This document shows positions 46,026 to 56,528 of a DNA stretch of 64,000 bases, one piece after another (positions within the stretch are counted from its first letter, which is position 1; each line of letters starts with the position of its first letter). Source of the DNA: an uncultured delta proteobacterium (GTDB lineage: Bacteria > Desulfobacterota > Binatia > UBA9968); the NCBI GenBank assembly GCA_963847445.1, contig CAWJZV010000046.1, forward strand, positions 288,001-352,000, read 5' to 3'. A program made the position numbers and the translations under genes. The notes under the pieces are model-generated. The model was not told where the DNA came from and searched no databases. It saw nothing but the letters and a program-made list of their open reading frames with translations.

Positions 46026-47147
46026 TCATTCGAAGTTATACATTCGCGCGCAGTTGTCCCAGAGCCATTTGCGTTTCATCTGTTCGGTGAAGGGTTGCTC
46101 CAGGAAGGTGTCGATGGCGTGGGGATATTTTACGTCTAGGTGCGGGTAGTCGGTGGAGAAGACCATGTTGTCTTCGAGGCCGTACTCGGGGATGTGTTTG
46201 GCGGTGACCTCGTCGCACTCCACGGCGCCGTAACAATTGCGCTGGAAGTATTCCAGCGGCGTCATCGTCAAATCCGGATATTCCGCCACGCCGGTGGTCT
46301 CGGCGTATTCGCCCATGCGCCACAGGAGCCAGGGCACCCAGGAACAGTTGCCTTCCAAGAACGCCACTTTCAGTTTGGGGAAGCGTTCCATGACGCCGCC
46401 GAAGATCATGTCGCCGCAGGCGAGCATATTCGCAAATGGAAAGCCGAAGGTGTTGAACATCGAGAAGGTCGAGCAGATGTGGAAGAACGCCGGCTGGGGC
46501 AGATAGACCCGGCCGGCTTCGTGGAAGCCCACCGGTAAATTCAACTTCTCGCACTCGGCCCAAAGCGGATCGTAGTAGGGGTCGCTCCATTTCTTGTTGT
46601 TGACATGATTGGGCCGGATAAAGATGCCGCGGAAACCGTATTCTTTCACGGTGCGGCGAATCTCTTCGATCGATCCGCTGATATCGTGCGGAGCGACCAT
46701 GGCGACGCCGAACATGCGCTTGGGGTCAGCCTGGGCGAAGTCGTGCAGCCAGTCGTTGTAAGCGCGGGCGATGGCGGTGGCGAAGTCGGGGTCGAGACCG
46801 TCGATGCCGAGTGCGGTGAGCGCCCGGGTTGGAAACAGAAAGGCGATATCCAGACCTTCTTTATCCATGGCTTGGAGTTGCGACACGCCGTCGAAGTTGC
46901 GTTTGCCGGCTTCGCCATATTTCTCATCGAAAAAGTCTTGACGGTATTTCGCCAGGGCGGGGTTTTCCGGCTGGCGCGGGATCGGCAGGACTTTGCCGTC
47001 GACCTCGATGCCGAGATCGCGGAAGGCGCGGTTCAATCCCTTGGGCGCGCGGTCGAGGTATTTTTTATCGATGTAGCGCTGCCATAGATCGGCGGGCTCG
47101 AAGACATGCATGTCGGAATCCATCGCTTTAAAACCGTTCTTGGCCAT
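46026..47147 (-). CDS. Amidohydrolase family protein (amidohydro_2)
   Basis: DSDMHVFEP; ARAYNDW; RFPKLKVAFLE; STDYPH. Confidence 0.93.
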   Translation of the reverse strand: MAKNGFKAMDSDMHVFEPADLWQRYIDKKYLDRAPKGLNRAFRDLGIEVDGKVLPIPRQPENPALAKYRQDFFDEKYGEAGKRNFDGVSQLQAMDKEGLDIAFLFPTRALTALGIDGLDPDFATAIARAYNDWLHDFAQADPKRMFGVAMVAPHDISGSIEEIRRTVKEYGFRGIFIRPNHVNNKKWSDPYYDPLWAECEKLNLPVGFHEAGRVYLPQPAFFHICSTFSMFNTFGFPFANMLACGDMIFGGVMERFPKLKVAFLEGNCSWVPWLLWRMGEYAETTGVAEYPDLTMTPLEYFQRNCYGAVECDEVTAKHIPEYGLEDNMVFSTDYPHLDVKYPHAIDTFLEQPFTEQMKRKWLWDNCARMYNFE

Positions 47148-47216
47148 TCTGTTTCTCCTTAAGTTAGATGGTGATTCAGGTTTGTTTGGACAGTGTGTTA
47201 GGTACGCGTGTTTGGT

Positions 47217-47294
47217 TCACCACGAAGGCACGAAGAGCACGAAGGTCGGAATAATATTTCCCAAACCTTCGCGTCCTTCGCGCCTTCGTGGTGA
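47217..47294. repeat. Inverted arms of (CACGAAGNN)n 9-bp units
   Basis: TCACCACGAAGGCACGAAGAGCACGAAGG...CCTTCGCGTCCTTCGCGCCTTCGTGGTGA. Confidence 0.85.
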
Positions 47295-47325
47295 GAAGTT
47301 CTTCACAGTAAACCTGGGAGTACGA

Positions 47326-48399
47326 TTATTGCACCGGCGATAAATACTTCAGCTCTTCCTTCATCTTGGGCGGCAGCGACAGCACTTCGTCAACCCACTT
47401 TTCGCATTCTTCGCCGGAGACGTAGTTGATGTCGAGTTTCAACTTAGCGGCTTGGGCGAGGAAATCGCCGTCGGCCAAGGTCGCCTTGAAGGCGCGCCGG
47501 AGGATTTCCAAGCGCTCTTTCGGCGTGTTGGGCGCAATAGTGAACGGGCGCGAGTATTCCATCTGCGCCATGTAGGCGCGATAGGCGCGCAGGTGATTCT
47601 CGTCTTTGATCGCCTCGCTGACGAGGGTCACGCCTTTCGCTTCAGCTTCGGGCACGCGGGCGTGCAGGATGAACGGAATCAAACGGTCGTCGCCTTTGCC
47701 GTCGAGCAAGTCCTTTTGCGTCGCCAAGATCGAGTCCCAGTTGGTGCAGTGGCCGTCGACCTCGCGGCGCTGCAAGGCGATCTTGATTTGCGCCGTGCCC
47801 TGGTAGCCCGATACCACGGCGAACTTGCTGCCGAGGGTTTTATTTAGCAAGAGCGGCATGTCGATGCTGTGCGAGCCCGGTCCAGTGCCGCCCATGCGCA
47901 GCGGTTTGGCCGATTTGACGATCTCGTCCATGGTCTTCGGCCCGGCGAAACCCATCACCAGGCATACCGGCACGCTCTTGCTCGGCGCGCCGAGCCAGCC
48001 GAACTTGCGCGCGTCGAACTTGACGTTGCGATCGCCCATCGCCTGATTGAAAACCAGCGCGCTGTTCCACATGCCGACGGTCAAGCCGTCCGGCTTGGCG
48101 TTATTGAAAATATAATTGGCCGCCACCAAGCTGCCGGCGCCGGTCATGTTGTCGGCCACGGTGGTCGGCCCGCCGGGTATATGTTTGCCGATGTAGCGCG
48201 CGATGGTGCGCGTGTAAGTATCGTAGCCGCCGCCGGCCGCCTGGCCGACGATGAAGCGAATGGTTTTGTCTTTGTAGAAATCTTGAGCGAGAGCCGGTTG
48301 AAGATTCGCCAGCAACAGCGACAGCCCGAGCGAACGCGCGACCAAAGCGCGGGAATTGGCCAGAAATTGGCTTTTCGAACCTAGCTGTCTGGATATCAC
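47326..48399 (-). CDS. TctC/Bug family substrate-binding protein
   Basis: FYKDKTIRFIVG..AGGGYD; NMTGAGSLVAAN; PDGL. Confidence 0.92.
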   Translation of the reverse strand: MISRQLGSKSQFLANSRALVARSLGLSLLLANLQPALAQDFYKDKTIRFIVGQAAGGGYDTYTRTIARYIGKHIPGGPTTVADNMTGAGSLVAANYIFNNAKPDGLTVGMWNSALVFNQAMGDRNVKFDARKFGWLGAPSKSVPVCLVMGFAGPKTMDEIVKSAKPLRMGGTGPGSHSIDMPLLLNKTLGSKFAVVSGYQGTAQIKIALQRREVDGHCTNWDSILATQKDLLDGKGDDRLIPFILHARVPEAEAKGVTLVSEAIKDENHLRAYRAYMAQMEYSRPFTIAPNTPKERLEILRRAFKATLADGDFLAQAAKLKLDINYVSGEECEKWVDEVLSLPPKMKEELKYLSPVQ

Positions 48400-48640
48400 A
48401 AACGGCCTCCGTGGCTTATACCATGTCTCTCTTGTGGCGTCTTTGAAATAGTAATCAACAAATCGGCATGAAATTTCAATAGTTCACGTGGATTACCGCG
48501 TGCCCGTGAATGACGAAAAAGAAAAAGTTGACTTCAATTGCGGCGCATTCTTGTGGCACCGCCTGCCATAGTTTAGTCTAAAAGTAAGAGATTCTTCGCC
48601 TGCGGTTCTTGTGCAGTTGTCGCCAGCGGGAGGGTATACG

Positions 48641-49301
48641 ATGAAAACTCGACTAATTTTGTTTGCTGATTGCGGTATTTGCGCTGTTCTCTGTGGCGAC
48701 TACCGTGCATGCCACCATGCAGGACGATGTCGACCAGGCGTTATCGATTATCGAGCGTTTTGGCGAGATCCCGGAGACGGCGATTCCGCCGGCGGTCATG
48801 CGCGACGCCAAGGGTGTGGCGATCTTCGCCATGACCAAAGCCGGTTTCGTGGTCAGCGGCAGGGGCGGAACGGGAGTTGTCCTGGCGCGCACGCCGACGG
48901 GTTGGAGCGGTCCCTCGGCGATCGGTACAGGAGGCGTCGGAGTCGGCTTCCAAGCGGGGGTGCAGGTCACCGAGCACGTGATGATTCTCAACACTCCGGA
49001 GGCGATCAAGGCTTTCACACAAGGCACCAATTTTACACTCGGGGCCAATCTAAGCGTCGCGGTGGGTCCGGTCGGTCGTTCAGCCGAGGCCGGTGTCGCG
49101 CCAAAGGCCGCGATATACACTTACAGCCGCAGCCAAGGAATTTTTGCCGGAGTGTCCCTGGAGGGCACGGCGGTTGCCACCCGCTATGAAGCGAATGAGG
49201 AGTTTTACGGCAAGCCGGTCTATCCGGCCGATATTCTTGAGGGTAAGATTACGCCGCCGGCGAGTGCGCAGAAACTGTTGGATGCGCTGGCGAAATACTG
49301 A
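48641..49301 (+). CDS. Ysc84/SYLF lipid-binding domain protein (5' frameshift)
   Basis: KAGFVVSGRGGTGV; WSGP; GFQAG; YSRSQGIFAGVSLEG. Confidence 0.9.
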
Positions 49302-49369
49302 CTCCGCCGCTGATCCGAGTTGTCAGGGATAAGCCGGTTGCGGGATGGATCATTCGATGGCTCGGATAT

Positions 49370-49727
49370 TTCTCCCGCAAAGGCGCAAAGGCGCTAAGTG
49401 ACGGGGCAAGGCCCGTCATCCGAACGGCAACGGAGGGATTAAGAGAGATTTCTCCCTTCGGTCGAAATGACATGATGCTCTTGTCTACGTGCTTTTGCTC
49501 TGCTTGGGCAAATTTCCCGGTGATCTAAAATGCTCGAACACGGGGATTGACTCCCGCCAAGGCGCAAAGTACGCCAATTTCGGAATCGTTGTCATTTCGA
49601 CCCTTGGGAACTTTCTCGATCCCTCGTGTCCCCTCGGGATGACGGGCATCGCCCGTCACCTTTGCGGCCTTGGCGACTTTGCGGGAGATATTCCGAGGTT
49701 CGGTTGCGACGCGGGCCGTGCTGCGCT
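49370..49727. repeat. Two inverted composite elements (9-bp-unit arms plus REP-like core)
   Basis: TCCCGCAAAGGCGCAAAGGCGCTAAG...TCGAAATGAC and its inverse ...CTTTGCGGCCTTGGCGACTTTGCGGGAGA. Confidence 0.75.
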
Positions 49728-49762
49728 GTCGTTTTGTTGCGAAGCTTGATACAAACGACGGC

Positions 49763-51058
49763 GTGCAAGCTTTGTCCGACTCTGAACCGCCCATCAAACC
49801 TGCGAAGTTTTTCTACGGCTGGACCATTGTCGCCGTCGGTTTTCTCGCGCATATCGCCTCCGCTTTTACGATTTCGAGCACGCTCAGTGTCTTTCTCAAA
49901 CCGTTGTCGAGCGATCTTGGCGTCTCGCGCGGTGTCTTTTCCCTGGTTCGCTCGGGCGAAGTTCTGATCGGCGCCGTGGCCGCGCCGCTCGTCGGCACGC
50001 TGCTGGATCGTCACGGTTGTCGTGGACTCATGGCCGCAGGCGGGGTTATCGCGGGGCTGGGCTTGCTGCTGCTCGGCCAGGTGCGGGATTTTTGGCAGTT
50101 TCTCTTGGTCCGCTGGCTGATTCTCAGTCCTGGCGACACGCTCATGGGGAACATGGTTGTGAACGTGACGATCTCGCGCTGGTTCATCCGCATGCGCGGC
50201 CGCGCCCTGGCGTTCGCGGGCATGGGCCACGGCCTGGCCAAAGTATTGATGCCGCTGTGCGCCGCGTCGCTGATCGCCTACGCTGGCTGGCGCGGCACCT
50301 GGGTGGTATTCGGCCTGTTAACCTTGACGTTGGTGGTCGGACCGTCGCTGCTGTTCATGCGGCGAAGTCCTGAGGACCTGGGTTTGCTTCCAGACGGAAA
50401 ATTGGCCGCCGACAATGACAGCGGCGGGGTGAAAGCGGATGGCAAGAATAAGAAATCCAATCGAGCTGCAACCGACGACGTCGAGTGGACGCGCGGCGAA
50501 GCGCTGCGCACGCCGGCTTTCTGGCTCATCGTCACGACTTTCGGCGTCGCCCATATCGGCGTCAGCGGGCTCAATCTGCACGTCTTCTCCTTCGTCAGCG
50601 ATCAAGGCCATCCGGCGACGGTCGCTGCCCTAGTCATGAGCACCATCGCGATCATGCAGTTCAGCACGCCGATCGTCTGGGGGTTGTGCGCCGAGCGCAT
50701 CAGCATCGGCCGGGTCATCATGGCCAAGTTCGTGATTCAAGCCGCCGGGATTTCCTTGGCTCTGTCTGACCCTGGGTTGGTTTCCCTCTATGCCGGGTTT
50801 TTTCTATATGGCATCGGCATGGGTGGAACGTCGATACTGGCCGAATTGATCTGGGCCAACTACTTTGGCCGCGTTTCCCTCGGCAAGATTCGCGGTTTAG
50901 GCTCCTTGGTCACCCACGGCTTCAGCGCCGGCGGCCCGCCGTTTTTCGGTTTTCTCTTCGACGCCACGCAAAGTTATATGCTGTCGTTCACTATCTTCGT
51001 CGGCCTGCTGATCGTTTCAGCGGTGCTGAGTTTGTTCCTTCGGCCGCCGACGAAGTAG
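49763..51058 (+). CDS. MFS transporter
   Basis: FYGWTIV; GTLLDRHG; ISRWF..RGRALA; many TM segments. Confidence 0.9.
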   Translation: MQALSDSEPPIKPAKFFYGWTIVAVGFLAHIASAFTISSTLSVFLKPLSSDLGVSRGVFSLVRSGEVLIGAVAAPLVGTLLDRHGCRGLMAAGGVIAGLGLLLLGQVRDFWQFLLVRWLILSPGDTLMGNMVVNVTISRWFIRMRGRALAFAGMGHGLAKVLMPLCAASLIAYAGWRGTWVVFGLLTLTLVVGPSLLFMRRSPEDLGLLPDGKLAADNDSGGVKADGKNKKSNRAATDDVEWTRGEALRTPAFWLIVTTFGVAHIGVSGLNLHVFSFVSDQGHPATVAALVMSTIAIMQFSTPIVWGLCAERISIGRVIMAKFVIQAAGISLALSDPGLVSLYAGFFLYGIGMGGTSILAELIWANYFGRVSLGKIRGLGSLVTHGFSAGGPPFFGFLFDATQSYMLSFTIFVGLLIVSAVLSLFLRPPTK

Positions 51059-51096
51059 AGGTGTTGGCAAATACGAAGTTCGCTTTCCAGAAATCG

Positions 51097-51460
51097 TTAT
51101 TGGCGCAAATCGTCTTGTTGTAAAAGTCTGCGACCCTGCGCTTTGCAGACCCTTTCTCTTCGCGAACCGGTCGTAAATAAACCGAGCGCTACGAAAGCCG
51201 TACCTACAAGAAACGTCAACTTCAAGATAATCTCAACGCGATAAAGTAGCTCATCGATAGGAGTTGCTTCGATCCCATCATTGGAAAGCAATGTCAGGTA
51301 TGACTTTCCTAGGCGTCCCATAAAAAGTGTGTGAAAAATCTCGGCGATGGCAGGACCTGCTTTATTTGCACGGCTTAGAAATTTGATCAACATGATTACG
51401 TTGATTGATATTGCGCCGGCGAATCCGAAGATAGTGAGATTTACACCCCAAGTTTAACAT
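51097..51460 (-). CDS. Hypothetical small membrane protein (low GC; start uncertain)
   Basis: ORF with two hydrophobic segments if a 5' frameshift is corrected. Confidence 0.35.
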
Positions 51461-51673
51461 TGTTTATTTTATGGCCTTTCCACAGGAAAAGGCTCTTAGC
51501 TCTTGTCGCCCCAGATGGGCGTAGACCGGTGTGATAGTTTGTTTGACCGGGGCAAGCGCCATGGTCAATCCTACGCTTCTACTCGATTCTGTTAAATTCC
51601 GCCGTTTCCATATTGGTGGTCAAGAAAATTAGCGTCAAGTATTTTATTTTTGTCCTTCTGTATACTTAGTGCT

Positions 51674-52000
51674 TCACGCTACGCGTTTGCGGAGGGGTTG
51701 GACGGTAAGCTGCATTCCCATGGCGCGGAGCACAGCCCTCAGGCTTTTCAGTTCCGGATTGCCTTTCGACGAAAGCGTGCGGTAAAGGCTATTGACGTTC
51801 AACTCGGCATCTTGGGCGAGTTTCTGTACGCCGCCAAAAGCTTTGGACATACGGCGCAGCGCGAGCATTAATTCTGCTTGGTCGCCATCTTTGAGTATGG
51901 AGTTCAAATACTCAGCTGCGAAAACCGGGTCTTTGCGAAAACTTTCTATCGTTGCCTCTTCATGGCTGCGGGATATTGCTGATTTTGATTTTCGGCTCAT
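51674..52000 (-). CDS. Addiction-module antidote, HTH (HI1420-like/HigA-type)
   Basis: FAAEYLN...LALRRMSKAFGG...LYRTLSSKGNPEL; start overlaps the toxin stop. Confidence 0.9.
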   Translation of the reverse strand: MSRKSKSAISRSHEEATIESFRKDPVFAAEYLNSILKDGDQAELMLALRRMSKAFGGVQKLAQDAELNVNSLYRTLSSKGNPELKSLRAVLRAMGMQLTVQPLRKRVA

Positions 52001-52317
52001 GGCTTCCTCCGCTGGTAGTCGCGCCAATGCGAAACGGCTTGTTTTATGTCCGCCTCCTGCGTGCGTTTTGAGCCGCCACAAAGCAAAAGTACGACGGCCG
52101 TTCCCTCCCGGGCGTAATACACTCGGTAGCCAGGACCCAAGTCGATTTTCAATTCCCAGACCCCTGCCTGACAGAATCTGTGATCGCCAAAATTCCCGGC
52201 TTCTAACCGGTCAATTCGTCGCTGAACGACAACTCTCCCTTTCATATCTTTGAGATCGTCAAGCCACTGTTGATACGGGTCGTTACCCGAGGCAGTGAGA
52301 TAGTGACGTATTTCCAC
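51997..52317 (-). CDS. RelE/ParE superfamily toxin (HI1419-like/HigB-type)
   Basis: RIDRLEAGNFGD; GVWELKIDLGPGYRVYY; LLLCGGSKRTQEADI. Confidence 0.93.
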   Translation of the reverse strand: MEIRHYLTASGNDPYQQWLDDLKDMKGRVVVQRRIDRLEAGNFGDHRFCQAGVWELKIDLGPGYRVYYAREGTAVVLLLCGGSKRTQEADIKQAVSHWRDYQRRKP

Positions 52318-52321
52318 TTGA

Positions 52322-52350
52322 GCAATTTTAGCTTATAAGCGAATAATTGC
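52322..52350. promoter_or_regulatory. Palindromic operator of the TA operon
   Basis: GCAATT-TTA-GCTTATAAGC-GAAT-AATTGC just before the toxin start. Confidence 0.6.
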
Positions 52351-52590
52351 AAGCCGAAAGCGTGGAGGAGTGAAACAGCGAGAAGTGCAGCTCCCATCTC
52401 AATTCATTTTTACCGGTCGTTTCCCTTCGTTACCAATCCCACCTGCTGCCGATTATCTCGAAGTCGTCCAATATTGGACAGACTGCCTTACCGAGTCAGC
52501 GTATAATTTTTATGTAGTCCGAAACGGCGGGTTCGCGAGGGAAAAGTTACTAATCGCGGCAATTGTTGACGGTTAGCGAAAGGCTGTTGC

Positions 52591-52866
52591 ATGTCCCAAT
52601 ACAAAGGTCATCCCATTTACGGGATTGGAGTCCGTGGCGCGGGGAAAGAATGGCATTGCCGGGGTTTGATATTTAGCTCCGAAGATAAGGTGACGGAGCT
52701 CAAAAAATTGGACTGCGCCGAATTAACTTTTAAGACAAGAAGCAAAGCCGAAGCGCACGCGCTCAAACTATGTGAAAAATGGATCGATCTGCAAAGCGGG
52801 GAAATCGAATCAAGCAGTCCTATCAAGTCGGTGCCCGTGAAAGATCGTACGCTCGCGATGGGGTGA
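52591..52866 (+). CDS. Hypothetical protein
   Basis: 91-aa ORF, YKGHPIY...AEAHALKLCEKWID. Confidence 0.6.
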   Translation: MSQYKGHPIYGIGVRGAGKEWHCRGLIFSSEDKVTELKKLDCAELTFKTRSKAEAHALKLCEKWIDLQSGEIESSSPIKSVPVKDRTLAMG

Positions 52867-52927
52867 TATCCAATCGGCCGCCTTGAGTTTATTTCTCGAC
52901 CTGTCATACCCGCTTCTCCGCCACCCC

Positions 52928-52952
52928 AGGGCGTATAGCAATACGCCCCTAC
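52928..52952 (-). repeat. GTAG-type REP hairpin
   Basis: Minus strand GTAGGGGCGTATTGCTATACGCCCT. Confidence 0.75.
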
Positions 52953-53092
52953 GTCGGACTGCCCTCAAGATTCGTTGCATTCATCGCGGTAACCCTCCGC
53001 TTGTGATTCTCTTCTGGTTGCGCGACTCGCCCCCGATTGACAGTAGCGCATCATAAAGTATAGCTAAATTCGTGACCGAATAAGGAGATGAC

Positions 53093-54079
53093 ATGAAAAC
53101 TAGGTCGTTCGTTATTGTTTTGCTATTGCTGGGCGTTGGGACGTTGACTGAGCGGTGTTTTGCCAAGGATCGGCTGGTTATCGGTTACACGGCGATCACC
53201 GGTATCAAAGCCGGGCTTTGGGTCGCGGAAGACGCGGGGATTTTCGACAAGCATAATATTCAGGCTGAGCTGCTGTTGGTCACTTCGGCATCGAAAATGG
53301 TGCAAGCCATGCTCGGCGGCGATGTGCCGTTCGCGGCGGCGGGCGGCAATGCGGCTGTCGATGCCAATCTCGCCGGCGCGGATATGGTCATGCTCGGCGT
53401 ACTGGCCAAAGTCCCGGCGTTTTACATCATGGCGCTGCCGGAGATTAAAACTATCGAAGACTTGCGCGGCAAGCCGGTGGGGGTGACGCGCTTCGGTTCG
53501 TCCACCGACTTCACCATGCGCTATCTTCTGCGCAAGCATGGCCTGAATCCCGACCGCGATGTGACGATGATCCAGGCGGGCGATTTGAACGCGGCGGCGG
53601 CGATGCTCAAGACCAAGGCGATCTATGCGGCGCCGTTCTCAAGCCCGGCCAATCTACGGGCGCAGGAGGCCGGTGCCCGCTCGCTGCTCAACATGGGCAC
53701 CGCCGGCGTCTATTTCCCGCACGATGCTTTGATGGCCCGCCGGGCGTTTATCAATGGCAATGAAGATTTCGTCCGCCGGGCGACCCGGGCCTATTCGGAA
53801 GGGGTGCATCGCTTGTTCACCGATCCGGCCGCGGGGAAGCGCGCGGTACGGAAGTACGCGCGCACCAGCGATGCGAAAATCGTCGATGCGGTCTATCAAT
53901 ACGCCATCGATTACATCGAAAAGATTCCTTACAACTCGCGCGAGGCGGTGCAGGAAGTTTTGAATCAAGCGGCGGTGCGCAATCCCAAGGCGAAGGAAGC
54001 CAAGCCGGAAAGTTTCTACGACGACAAGTATGTCCGCGAGTTGGATAGTCAAGGGTTTTATAAACAACTGTGGAAATGA
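53093..54079 (+). CDS. ABC substrate-binding protein, NMT1/SsuA-like
   Basis: Signal peptide; DLRGKPVGVTRFGSSTDFTMRY shared with 22593. Confidence 0.92.
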   Translation: MKTRSFVIVLLLLGVGTLTERCFAKDRLVIGYTAITGIKAGLWVAEDAGIFDKHNIQAELLLVTSASKMVQAMLGGDVPFAAAGGNAAVDANLAGADMVMLGVLAKVPAFYIMALPEIKTIEDLRGKPVGVTRFGSSTDFTMRYLLRKHGLNPDRDVTMIQAGDLNAAAAMLKTKAIYAAPFSSPANLRAQEAGARSLLNMGTAGVYFPHDALMARRAFINGNEDFVRRATRAYSEGVHRLFTDPAAGKRAVRKYARTSDAKIVDAVYQYAIDYIEKIPYNSREAVQEVLNQAAVRNPKAKEAKPESFYDDKYVRELDSQGFYKQLWK

Positions 54080-54180
54080 ACTGGAGCGATGGAGTGTTGG
54101 AGTAATGGAGGATTGAGGATCGAGGATGGATTTGCGAAATTGGCGGCGCGAACGTCGATAATCGCCATGGAGGATAGATT

Positions 54181-55697
54181 ATGAAACGGCTGTTATTGGG
54201 ATTGCTGCTTCTGACCGTTTGTACTGGTGGCCACGCTGCGCCATTCCGGCGCGGCGGAGACGCGCATCTCCATCGGCGTGACCGAGACCATGGACACTTT
54301 CAATCCTTACGCCGACAGCGTTTCTTTGATGTATAGCGTCTGGTGCCAGGTGCTGGGCTGTCTCGGTACCTATGATTTCGACAAGGGGCAGCATGTCGGC
54401 TTGGTGCTGGAGCGCTGGGAAGTCAAGGATCCCAACAACTGGTTGTTCCATGTGCGCAAGGGGCTCAAGTTTCATAACGGCACGCCGGTGACCGCCCATG
54501 ACATCGTCCACTCCATGGGCCGGACGCGCAAGGACCCGCAGAGCAAGCAGACCCAGAACATTGCGGCGGTGGCGAGCGAGAAGGCGCTCAACGACTACAC
54601 CGTTCAAGTCACGACGAAAATTCCGACGGCGCCGTTGCTCGATTATCTCTTCGACCGGATCATCGTCACCAGCAAGGATCTCTACGACAAGCATGGCGCG
54701 GAAGTGGCCGACAAGCAGTATCCCTTCGGCGCCGGACCGTACAAATTTCGCGAGTTGATCCCCGGACAGCGTCTGGTGATCGGCAAAGACAAATCCCATC
54801 CGATGTGGAAACAGTATCCGCAGGCGCCCGATGAAATCGTTTTTCGCATCATGCGCGAACCGGAGCAGCGGGTGACGGCGCTGCTGAACAACGAAATCCA
54901 GATCGCCCAGTTCGTGCCGCCGCATCTGCGCGAGCGGGTCGAGCGCAGCGCCAATCACAAGATCGTTAAATTTCACACCGCTGAGCTGATGTTCCTGGCG
55001 ATGATGCCGAAGGTCAAGCCTTGGGATAACAAGCTAGTGCGCCAAGCGGTGGCCTACGCCATCGACCGGGATACGATCATCAAGACGATTTTGCGCGGCG
55101 AAGCGTCGCGCCTCGACGGGCCCGATTGGCGAAGGCCAATATGGCTACGATCCTAATCTCAAGCCGAAGTACACTTACAATCCGGAGAAGGCCAAAGAGT
55201 TGTTGAAACAAGCCGGCTATCCCAACGGCGTCGACGTCGAGCTGCAAACTCCGGTGGGTCGCTACACGCTGGACAAGCAATTGAGCGAAGCGATGATCCC
55301 CATGCTCAACGCCGCAGGTTTCCGCGCCAAGCTGGCGACGCCCGAGTGGGCGACCTTGTGGGCCAATGTGCAAGTGGGCAAGGTGCCGTTTTACTACATG
55401 GGCCGGGGCGGTGTCGTCGACCCCAGCGCGGCGTTGGCGCAGTACTTCGAAACCGGCGGCTCGCCGCGCATCGGCTACTCGAATCCCAAGGTCGACGAGT
55501 TGTTGAAGCAGGAACGGCAAACCTTCGACCCGGCCAAACGCAAGAAAGCCTTGGCCGAGGCGATGAGCGTCATCACCGACGAAGCACCGGCGCATTTCCT
55601 CTGGCGCCATCAGTTGCTCTTCGGCATGGCGAAAAACGTCGACTACCGGCCGCTGCCGAGCGAGCGGATCTTCGGCTGGAATATGAAGGTGAAGTGA
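54181..55697 (+). CDS. ABC substrate-binding protein, family 5 (peptide/nickel-like; frameshifted)
   Basis: KFHNGTPVTAHD; GAGPYKF; VRQAVAYAIDR; YNPEKAKELL. Confidence 0.9.
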
Positions 55698-55707
55698 GAG
55701 GGGAAGA

Positions 55708-55827
55708 ATGGAGTGATGGAGTAGTGGAGTAGTGGAGTGTTGGGTGGGCCGAGGATCGAGGATGGATGATGGTAGTGGCGGTCGGGTCGCGGTCTTTTCC
55801 ATTACTCCAACACTCCAGTACTCCAAT
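55708..55827. repeat. Inverted arms of (TGGAGTRN)n 8-bp units with a nested 7-bp GAGGATC run
   Basis: TGGAGTGATGGAGTAGTGGAGTAGTGGAGTGTTGG...TCCATTACTCCAACACTCCAGTACTCCAA; relatives at 17113-17192 and 54082-54131. Confidence 0.85.
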
Positions 55828-55889
55828 TTGCTCCATGACCATGTCGCAGTCTAATTGCGCATACTTTCGAGTAAGCAAAAGGATCATCG

Positions 55890-56528
55890 ATGTCTATTTT
55901 GAAGAGTCAGGTCGTGGCGAAAAACTCGGGCGCGGCGTTTGAAGTGTTGAAAGGGCAGCGGATACGGATCGCGGGGCGGAGTATTGTCGACTTCGTGGCG
56001 TTCAATCTGCGCGATTTGACCGAGCGTTTCGATCAGGCGCGGACCAAGACCAATCAGGTGAAGATCTTTATCAGCACCGGCGACGTTCTCTATTCGAAAA
56101 GAAACAATCCGATGATGACCATCGTTGCCGATACGTTTGCCGAAGGGCGCCATGACTTGCAGAAGGGCATGTGCAGCCGCAAGCGATTCGAGATGGTGGC
56201 CCAGGGGCAGTCGAAACGGGTGTTCGCCGAAGGCGTCGATATCAATCCCAAGACGGCGGAGGAGATTCCGACCCATGGTTGTTGGGAGAATTTGAGCGGG
56301 GCGGTGCAGCCGTGGAATATTACGCCGGACGATGTGCCGAGTCCGTTCAATATCTTTCAGTGCATGCGCATCGACCCCGACACCGGCGTGATGTACGACA
56401 CCATGATCCGGCCCAAGGATGAGGCCCATGTGGATTTTCGCGCCGAGATGGATTTGCTGGTGGCCGCCAGCGCTTGTCCGGAGTCGGGCCGCGGGCAGGC
56501 GATCCGGGTGGAGATTTACGACGAGTAA
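55890..56528 (+). CDS. DUF1989 / urea carboxylase-associated family protein
   Basis: VDFVAFN; HDL...C; HGCWENL; PFNIF; AEMDLLVAASACP. Confidence 0.88.
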   Translation: MSILKSQVVAKNSGAAFEVLKGQRIRIAGRSIVDFVAFNLRDLTERFDQARTKTNQVKIFISTGDVLYSKRNNPMMTIVADTFAEGRHDLQKGMCSRKRFEMVAQGQSKRVFAEGVDINPKTAEEIPTHGCWENLSGAVQPWNITPDDVPSPFNIFQCMRIDPDTGVMYDTMIRPKDEAHVDFRAEMDLLVAASACPESGRGQAIRVEIYDE

